Part shown: piece by piece, positions 54,920 to 64,000 of the stretch | Position numbering within the stretch: position 1 is the stretch's first letter | Layout: every line of letters begins with the position of its first letter | Assembly (NCBI GenBank): GCA_964019425.1 | Contig: OZ025797.1 | Location: forward strand, 372,001-436,000 | DNA from: Flectonema sp. DT1601 | Lineage: Eukaryota | Direction of reading: 5' to 3' | Length of the DNA: 64,000 nucleotides | The notes under the pieces: generated by a model | The model's database searches: none | What the model was told of the DNA's origin: nothing | Seen by the model: only the letters and a program-made list of their open reading frames with translations | Translations under genes and position numbers: made by a program

Positions 54920-56795
54920 GAAATTTGTTTACTGGACAGCGTACGTGTGTTGGTATAGGGTCCCATTGTTCCATTTAAGGAACCACACTATGCACATGAC
55001 AGTTTTTGTTAATTATTTTTAAATTTTAATTTTTTTCTCTTTTTTTTCTCCCTTTTTTTTTTTTTTTGCTTTTTATGCAAAAAAGGCTTTCACTGAATTT
55101 GTTGTTTATGAAATCTTCAAAAACAATAAATTCTCTCGGGATAACTGAAAGAAGGAAACAACAACAACAAATACAACAACAACCAACTAATTAGTTGAAT
55201 GTGGTCGCCATTAAGTCCATAAGAGGGAACTGGGGGTCTGGTATTCCGGTACCCTGTTGGCATCTTGCGATATGATGAAACTTCTCGTATAGAAAGTGTT
55301 CGTAAAGACTACAGTATTTTGTGTCCCTTAATAGCAGGGATGGTGTTGTTTGTTTGTAATAGAATTTATGTAATTTTTTTTTTTTTTTTTTCAGTTTCTT
55401 TTTTCTTTTTCTCTCTCTCTGCTTTCCTCGTATCACTACTATCACTGTATCTTTAACATGGTTGTTTGGGATACAGTTACGGTTGTATTTTTACAAGATC
55501 AAAATAATCATCCTCCCTCACAATTGATAATAACTCGATTCCGTACTGCACTGAATGAAAACATGGAAAAAGAGATGTTTACCTTTTTTAAAGCTGAGCG
55601 TCTCATGAATTACTAATTGTTTATATTTAGTTAACTTTTGATACAATCCAATGTATTTATATCATTATTAATATGCTTCAAGCAGGTTAACATCATCACA
55701 CCTTTCTAACTGAATTCTGGACTACGCTAGTGGCGTGCTACCGATTAGCAAAATAAGCAATCGAACTCCTTTAAGTAAACGACTAACTACTTTATGTATG
55801 TTTTGATAAGTATTTAATAGGTGAAATCTACACTCTGCAGATTGATATTTGCAGAGTGTTTACCTTTACCATCGTTGCTGTCTTTGATCCGATACTTATC
55901 ATGCATATATTTTTATCATTATAAATGTAGTTAAATAGTTAACCCTTCTACCTCCTTCCCAATATGGTTCTGATCATTTTGATTTAATTTTTTTTCTTCC
56001 CCCCTCGCCCCTATTTCAGTTTTGGTATTTTCCTTTCCTTTTGTTATGTTGTCAGTGGTCCCCGATGTACTGGATTCGACAACGTCTTCTACAAAAGAAC
56101 CTATTTCCTTTTTACGTTTTCTTTTTTCTAAACGTACTTTTTCTTTGATTAACAACTACAAATATTTTTTCAGTCAAGTATTTGATATTAATTTTGTTTT
56201 TAATACCTAAAGTTGTTACTGTTTTTACATTGTCAAAGTTTCATCCCCTATTTCAGTTTTGGTATTATTCTTTCCTTTATTATGTTGTTTTTCTACTGAA
56301 TTCCTACACAGCAGTCAAAAAAAAAAAAAAAAAAAAAAAAAAAAGCACTGGCGATGTTAAACACCAACTGTGCTTCATTGCGATTCTTTCAACAAACAAC
56401 AACAGCTACTTCGTTTTTTCTTCTTCTTTTTGGGGTGTTCATAGCATGCGAGAATTTCTGCATTTTTTTCCGTCACCCTACACTCTCCTGTTGGTACTGC
56501 TCAGCAGTATGTCTGTTGTTCGAATTCAGGGGGTGGATTACCACCTATTTCCTTCTGGCAATCCATTTCTATTATTATTATTTTTTAAATCTGCCTTGTT
56601 TCCTTTATTTTGTTCAACAGCTGACCAAAACGAGCTTTTTGAGCAAGTTGTCACTTTTTACGGGATGACTTTTGAGGTCAGTCTTGTGAGTGACAACAGC
56701 TTAATGTGGTTTGTATTTTTTGGTTGTTTTTTTTTTGTTCTTTTTTTTTGCAGTTTTGTAATGTTTCCGAACTGTTTTTTCGGCTCGTGCAAAAG

Positions 56796-56830
<35 letters not shown>

Positions 56831-58465
56831 CAGTGGTACAAAAACAAAAAGATAAACAATTTTTTTTTCCTTCTTCTTCTTTTTCTTCTTCTTAACTCGC
56901 TTCTTCACAAACATTTTTTGGACTTGATTCAAAGTGATACTTCCCCGAGGGGGTAATATAAAAAAGAAAAGATTCTCTTATCCCTGACTGGCCATTAATG
57001 TTTTCTCTCTTCTTCTCTGTTCTGATTCTTCAGAATTATTCTCCTCGTTTATTTTTTTTTCCCCGTTTTTCAATTTGGTTCTCAAGAGGTTTATTATTAT
57101 TAAATGTTCATTACGAAAGTCATAATTTAGCTTTACAAAAGGATCAAAATTGTATGTGTGCTTCTCTTTGATTTATTCGAAAAAAAGAAAGTTCCGATAA
57201 AACACCTTAATCGCTTTACTATAAATGATTCCAACTCAAAAAAAAAAAAGACATCGCTGAGAGTGGCGGACGGATTTGCGAGCAATTCCCCTGGTTTGTC
57301 TTCTCCTGGGTTGTGCTTTTTCTCGCCTTTTCCATTCTATGCCGTTCTTGCAGTATGTTTTTTTTTGTTTTTTTGTGTTGTTTTATTTTGTGTTCTGGTT
57401 TCTTCTGTTAAGAAAACTAGAATGCTCTCCTTATTCTTTTTTATTGGTCTGTGTTGATGAGGCCGACCTGAATTCGTGTCGGCCTGCTATTATTCTCCTT
57501 TAACGATTTATCCCCCCTCCACGTTTTTTTAAATTCACTAGAATATTTCTCTGTGTGATGCTCACAGATGAAGAAGAATTATCAATTTTTTCCCCCCACA
57601 ACCAACCAAATGATGATGTTATTCAACTGCGTGATTGCGACAAAGACAAAATATTAACCGTCGCAACGCAAAAAAAAAAAAAAGAAAAGAAAGAAAAGGA
57701 AAAGAGCAGAAAGAAAGTTTCTCTTATTGTTGATTAGTTGACAAGGTGCATCAATGTTTTAACGTTGGTTGGGTGAATAAAAATGAAAGTTGGGCATTCG
57801 ATCCTTTTTTTTCGTTACACAAATTTCTGAATTTTTAAGGCAAGTGTTTTTACCCCCATCTGATCTCTTCCTCCCAATTGCCAAGCGATTAATCCCCTTG
57901 AGCATTCTCTGTTGTAGTAATACGTTAGAAGAGAGGTCTCGACCCACAAGACTCCTGATGGGAAAAATTAACAAAACATTAAAAAAAATTAAATATGAAA
58001 AAAACATTATACCGACTTGAACTCGATAGCTATGTCTAATTAGCAAACCACAATCAATCAAACAAAAGGAATGAAAATTAACAACAACAACAACAACAAC
58101 AACAATAACAACAAGAGGATTCCTATCGCGTTGATTGTGACAATTGTGGTTCGATTCGACAAATGAAGGAAAAAAAAAAAATAAAAAAAAAAGGAAAAAA
58201 AGAAACAATTCTAGAATTTTCCATGAGGGAGTCCCCTTCTTTCAGAAATGAGAGGATTCGTTGGCATCACTAAAATAATAAAATTTGCGATTGTATAATT
58301 CTTTCTTAGTTTTTTTTTTTTTTAAAACAGCATCTGTCCAAACGATATGTATTATTCATTATCTTCTTTCTCTTTTCATCAAAAATATTACCTAAACGTG
58401 AGCCATTTTTTAATACGAAAGTTGCTCTTATCATTGAGTACCTTAACTCTCTGTCAGATATACTT

Positions 58466-58789
58466 ATGACGGACACTCTACCCACAGACACTGCTGATCG
58501 GCTTCGTAGATCCTGTCGTATCTTTTGGAAGGCATATGCAACAGAAGAGCGCAGACGAAAACCAGAAACTGAATTGAGTCAGTGTGGAAAAGATATGTAT
58601 GGTCTCTGTATTCATTGTGTTGGTAGAGCAATGTGTCCAGCTATTGCAGAAGACTACATTCGATGCTATAATTCTATAAAATCAATTGGTGAGTATCAAA
58701 GACTGAGAGACTGTGATCGATTCCTCACACCGCTTGAACAGTGCGCTGGAGATCAAACCCGCCACTTATATGAAAATGCAAAAAAATAA
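58466..58789 (+). CDS. Small Cys-rich hypothetical protein (Cx9C/Cx10C-like spacing)
   Basis: 107-aa ORF with coding-like composition, preceded by CTCTCTGTCAG. Confidence 0.6.
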   Translation: MTDTLPTDTADRLRRSCRIFWKAYATEERRRKPETELSQCGKDMYGLCIHCVGRAMCPAIAEDYIRCYNSIKSIGEYQRLRDCDRFLTPLEQCAGDQTRHLYENAKK

Positions 58790-58904
58790 CTCAAAAGGAG
58801 ATGTCGCAAATAGCGTTGACTACAATCTGATAGTGTGTTTCTAGTTAAGGTTTTTCGTATTTTAAAAAACATTTTTTTTTTTTAAAATTGTCCACCCAAC
58901 AGTA

Positions 58905-59810
58905 ATGTGTCACAACATCTCAGAGGAAGAATACTTCGAAAAGCATAGCCTCTGTGAAATAATTGATGACGTCGTCCTCGGACTACTCGGAATGGAAGAC
59001 CTAAGCGGTACGAATATAATACCAATCCTATCTGATCTTATTGGGAAAGCTGCTTGCAGAGAAGGAGGACAACAAATAGAAGCATTGCAGAGAAATATAA
59101 ATGCCGAGGGATGGCTGGGAACTTCTACTGAAGTTAACTCCGATTTTGTTAGAAATCGTATTGGTCACTACTACAATGTACTTGATGATATTGCTGAAGC
59201 TAATCGGGGAATAGTTCAGTGGAATATATATAATGGTATGTGTGTTTCTTTATGAAAGTGTGTAACTTAACTATCTCTTATTCCAACAGAGTGTGTTTGT
59301 TGCCTTCAGAACATCAGCGATACTTACGAGTTGTATGATGAGGTGCAAATGTTTTGGGAAAGTCTTCAAAAGGCAACTCAAGTAGATAGAGATATTTACG
59401 AAGTAAACGATACTCTTGAGTGTTTTAAAAATCGTTTATCAGAGATGACTCACAAGGGAAGTTCTGTTCTTATCGCAGTCGACATGACTCTTTCAGAAAT
59501 CGGATTGTTCGCTCACATTATGTTTTACTTATCTCAAAGTGATAAGGCTTCTGATTGGTTGCATTTAAAACTTTTTTCATCAGTTTTTTCTGCACCGCAA
59601 TCTGGAAGATCCTACATACCATTCTCAGAATACTTAGCGGCTTTTAGAGACCAGGAACTTCGCTGCTCGATGTTACAGGCTATTAGAGAATCGAATAACC
59701 AAAAAGAAAGAACTGAACAGATTGTTGCACATCAAGACATTGGAGACGCAGACAATATGACAGTATTGACTGCCAGAAGAAGAAGACGAGGAAACCCTTC
59801 CGGAAGGTAG
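58905..59810 (+). CDS. Hypothetical protein, join(58905..59235,59290..59810)
   Basis: Donor G|GTATGT at 59236 and acceptor CCAACAG| at 59289 (54-bp intron, phase 1) join the two ORF-track ORFs in frame. The N-terminus EEYFEKHSL.EIIDDVVLGLL is weakly RIIa/Dpy-30-like. Confidence 0.65.
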
Positions 59811-59997
59811 TCATCATCGTTATATTTTAGAAGTCACTCTTAATTGTAATCATTTACACTGTTTTCCTACCATCTTTTTTGTTAATATTGTTTGGTGGGG
59901 TAGACTTTAAAAAAAAAAAAAAAAAAGAAAAGACAGAAATATAACACCAGTCTAATTATTCTTTAATTATCTTACAGGCAGGGGAGAGCTATAAAAA

Positions 59998-62819
59998 ATG
60001 CGCTCTGCCGTCAGTATCCGTTCAAACAAGAGGGCTGATTCTTTTCGGCAACGGAGACACAAAGTAAATTTAAAATTCGGTGGTAACAATAGATACCAGT
60101 TTTGGGTAGAACCGGGTGCTGATAAGAAATGGACAACAATATATTGGGGAGAGCACATGTTTGATGAGAACATGGTAGGTCACAATACACATTGGACTGA
60201 TCCAATGCCGAGCTCCGTTCCTGGAGTAGAGGAATTCGGAATTAAAGACGACCCTGATATCGCTCCTCCAGGAGCCTACGCTGGAGTAAACAGAGAATGG
60301 AAAGGACACAAGCCATCAAAGGTAACTGGAGGATACTACGGTTCAGGCATGGCAATCAGAGACACCTGGGGTCCCGATGCTGAATATATCCCTTTTGGAT
60401 CCCAAGCAAAACCAGAAGTTTACCTCGACCGAGTTTCCGTTGATTATTTTCTAGACGAGTTTAGCGTCCCCTGCAACAAAGAAAATACGGTAATGAAATC
60501 TTGTGAGACAAAACACACAACTAATTTACGTGTTAACATTCCCCAATTTGATAATCAATTAGACACAAGTACACTACGAACACTTCATAAGCAACTATCT
60601 CAGTCAACTACTTCAGTTGATAAAAGGATTACTATGATTGGTGCTTGTCAAAATGGTAAATCTGAGTGGTGGTGTAAAGGAAGTCCTACAGCAGAATTAG
60701 CAAAGAGTCTGAGATGGTTAGTTCATCCACCACCACCTCCAACTCAGAATATGGATAGTGATCGTAGTGATCAGGTTAAGAGAATTGCTGAGATTCTAAC
60801 TACTCAACGACAGACTCCAAATCCTGATGTTGAACGTGAAGAAGTAGCAGTTCATGGATCTCTTCAAGGTAATCCTGATGACGGAGGTGAATCAGTTAGA
60901 ATTCTCCACGCAGCTAATAAACAAGCAAGATGGCTTGAAACTCAAGAACGAGCAATATCAACGTCATCAAAACTCGCAACACCAAAAGCTGTTGAAGCCG
61001 TTGCTGAGAATCTCCGATGGGGACTGAGAACAGTATCAACTCTCTCAGCTGGAGGCAGCCCAACTCTCTCTTTTGTAAACGGCAAAGCTCACAATATTGG
61101 AGCAGGCATAGCCGTCTTATGCAACTTTGCTGCACTCAGAAATGAAGCAGAACTGACTTACAGCGGAGCTGCTGCAGGCACGACACCTATCGGAGGACTC
61201 TTAAGATTGTTAACAGACCCTGCATGTGATTTAAAGTATCCAGGTCTTGCTGAGTATATTACTCTAACAGGTGATATGCTTTGCTATGGTGATGCTCGTA
61301 GACTGGGCTGGACTGCTGTATACGCCCCTACAGACATTCAGCTAAATGAAAGAATGGTCCACGACTACATGAATATGCACGGTCCAGGACAGGATAGGTA
61401 CTCAAAGCGTATTTTAGATAATTTATTATTTAATGACAACGATATAAATCCTGACCAAGATCGTTGCTCGATATCAGCAGCTAAAGCTAACTGGATTAGA
61501 GAAGCATTTGAAGGTAAAGAAAGTATGACTTCTATTATAGAGGCTCTTACTGATATGTCATTAGACTCTTCTTCTAATTCTGAAGAAGAGATTGATATTG
61601 TTAAAACCACATCTATGCCAACGGACAACACGGATGAGACTACTCACGCTGTTGGAACAGTTGTAGTAACTCGTCAACAATGGGCTACTTATGTTCTTCA
61701 GTTATTAAACACCTACTCTCCTATGGCTCTTAGCGTAACTCTCGCAATGGTTCGCAAGGCCCGCGCAGAACGCCTCTCTCTCGAAGGATGTCTCTCTTTG
61801 GAGTTCAGATGTCAGATGCGAATGGTAGCCCGCAGCGACTTCATCGTGTCGCAGGTATGATTTTATTTTTGTATTTCCCCCTCTGGTTGATTCAAGTGTT
61901 ATTGTACCTGACAAAATTGATGTAAAACAAATAAACAAACAAACAGCTCTGCAGCGGTGGTATTTCCGACAACGAATGGCCAATAGCAGCAAGTGACTGG
62001 GACGCTCAGAACAACAGACCAGCGTGGTCACCATCATCACTGTCGGAGGTATCATCTGCGGAGGTAAACAGAATTATAAACACTCCTCTTGACTGGACAG
62101 CTGATGGTACTACAGAACTAGACGTCCGCGTAGAGAGAGATGGTAGACGTGGAATCAGAAAAGCTGCTCGAGATCACGGATTAGATATTGTTCCTGGACT
62201 TGGTGAGGATCCAAAAATAAGCACACCTGAAACTGCTTACTTACCTCAAAATATAAATATATACAAAACTGCTAGACATCCACAAACTGGTTCTATTGGA
62301 AGTGAACGTTCTGACACCGTCCCAGCAGCTCAACAAGAATATAAAAAACAGGTCCTTGAAGAAGCAAGTTCTCGAATTGAAAGAGGAATGGGAAGGAAGT
62401 TTACAAATAACTCTGAAGCGATTCTTGGATTCCGAATGAGTGATTTCGGAGAGACTCCAAGAGAGAAACAAGTGAGAGAAGGGAAACTTCAATGGGATCG
62501 CCACAGAATAGTAGCAGAGCATGCCTCTAACCCAGAATCATCTAAGTTTATTAAAAGTGGTATTGATATGGGTGGAGAAGCTATTCTATCACCAGGTGGT
62601 GGTGGAAGATATCGTGATCCAACTTTACCTCGTCACACTCCAACATTCGGAGATATACCAGATCATAAAGCATCTATTTTAACACATGCTTATACTGGTC
62701 AAGGATTCCCAAAACCTGTTCGTAATTGGGACCTTGCGAATCAATTTTCTGTTAGAGAAACTGCAAAGGGAACTCCGAGTGATCAAATCGCAAGTATGAT
62801 CGTTCAGAATGATTTCTAA
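59998..62819 (+). CDS. HIBCH / enoyl-CoA-hydratase-fold protein (candidate mitoribosomal mS47), join(59998..61854,61947..62819)
   Basis: PTLSFVNG, EYITLTG..L..GDA..LG and SPMALSVTL..R..SLEGCLSLEFR...DF. After the 92-bp GT-AG intron the frame continues NRPAWSPSSLSEVS..EV (HIBCH-like C-terminal motif) and is in phase with the 62388 ORF. Confidence 0.7.
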
Positions 62820-63173
62820 ACGTGTCATCATATCGCTACTTAGATGATTCGGACCACCGTGTCCTCTAACGCAGTCTTCAAACTGCTACAAAGATTTTTC
62901 TTGCTGCTGACATTTCCTTTTTTTTTTTTCCCTCTTATTATTGTTCTCTATGGTAAGGGAAAATCGATTAAAAGGAGATTGTGTGTTGAAAAAAATTGTT
63001 CTTTGTAAAAAAAAGAAAAAAGAGTGGGGAAAAAAAAAAAAATTAAAATAATTGTTATGAAACGACAACAAGTGTAGCAGCACATTTCTATTGAAAACGA
63101 ATAGAAATTCTTTATAGTATTTTTTTTTTGTATAATTTATTTTTTATTTTCTTAGAACTATCAAACCAAAACC

Positions 63174-64000
63174 ATGTCTGATTTGGATATGCTGTTTTTA
63201 GATACTCGTAAATTCCATACAGCACGCCATGGAAATCATCACACTAATTTAATAAAACCCGTCAAAGAAGGATATCATGTTAAGCGATTACAAGACAGCT
63301 TAGAATTCGAGCAGCTACTCGGATTAGACTTAATGAGTACTTCTAAACGTGAGAATAAGAAAGCTGATAAGATTCTATCATCACTACAAAGAGTTAAGTA
63401 TCCTAATTTGCAGTCGAAGCAGACCAAAATATATGAAAAGAGACGCATGGGTTGCGTAACCTACTCTCCTCTTGAGAAATCTTTAACGTCGAGTATCTTA
63501 AAACCATCTTTAGACGTACCTTTGGGAAGTCCAAAAAAAAAATTAGAAAAAGCATTAACAAATATGCGAAAAAAGAAAAATGCAAGAGATGCCTTAGCCA
63601 GTAAACTCGTAGTCAAGACATGGTCTCGCACCATCACATCTTCAGAGAAACAATCTAATAGGGATATAAATATAAGTGATGTTATTTTATCGAAGGCTCG
63701 TGCAAAGTTTAAATCACAGAGGCAGTCTGCTGTGGCTCCTGAAGTTACTGGCAACCTATTAGACTTGAATGCGTTAAAAAGAGCAATAGAAGAAGAAAAA
63801 GACCGAGTTCTTATCGAAGATGATCAGAATATTACAACTGGGAGAGCAATTGCTACGGCTGCTCTAACTCAGGAGCCGAATCCGGACTTCGTCGATGAGC
63901 ACACAACTGGTATTTATTATTGAAGTGATTTGGTTTATTTTGCAAAAAATAAAAAACCAAAAAAAAATCAAAACCACAACAGGAATGCCCGTTGCTGATG
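63174..64000 (+). CDS. Hypothetical basic protein, probably continuing beyond the window, join(63174..63909,63983..>64000)
   Basis: 249-codon ORF. Donor-like G|GTATT at 63910 and acceptor CACAACAG| at 63982 give an open continuation (GMPVAD). Confidence 0.55.

Noticed and set aside
57454..57490. TGATGA-GGCCGAC...GTCGGCC hairpin resembling a hammerhead ribozyme stem II
   Set aside because: The core is TTGATGA rather than CTGATGA, the required GAAA after the stem is missing, and no stems I/III were found.
53700..58400. Many 60-237-aa ORFs, including 56182-56895
   Set aside because: Low-complexity homopolymer-driven translations without domain motifs, overlapping dispersed repeats.

Overview
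AT-rich eukaryotic DNA, most likely from a diplonemid or related euglenozoan. Supporting signs: all ~20 intact host genes lie on the + strand, they are mostly intronless, one is a GT67-type glycosyltransferase, and a 16-nt relic of the euglenozoan spliced leader (SL) is present. The highlight is an apparently full-length non-LTR retrotransposon (12978-19103; ORF1 + APE-RT-RNase H-CCHC, Ingi/I-like) inside a 7.8-kb intron of a TSNAXIP1-like gene. Its 5' end is the 3' part of the SL (TTTCTGTACTTTATTG), implying the RNA was trans-spliced before retrotransposition. ORF1 and ORF2 are in frame, separated only by UGA-CUAG (a known readthrough context) followed by a 2A/StopGo peptide (DVERNPG|P). The RT carries an oversized (~106-aa) segment with a PDZ-like motif. 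The element and a second, 5'-truncated copy occupy the same ACCTTGC target 10 bp upstream of an atypical tRNA-like Pol III gene. Positions 25.6-42.6 kb form a dynamic segmental-duplication zone: three secreted paralogs with variable N-termini and a constant bacterial-like repeat domain, a pseudogene copy, a decayed piggyBac (TIRs + TTAA), an 11-bp minisatellite, an (AAAC)139 expansion and a LINE RT relic. The remainder is ordinary host genes: DUF3431, a cyclase, HIRAN, FHA-WWE, PTP, ELO, PKD2-like, PHD, an LpqC-like esterase and a HIBCH/mS47-like protein. Family calls come from motif recognition by eye; no database searches were run.
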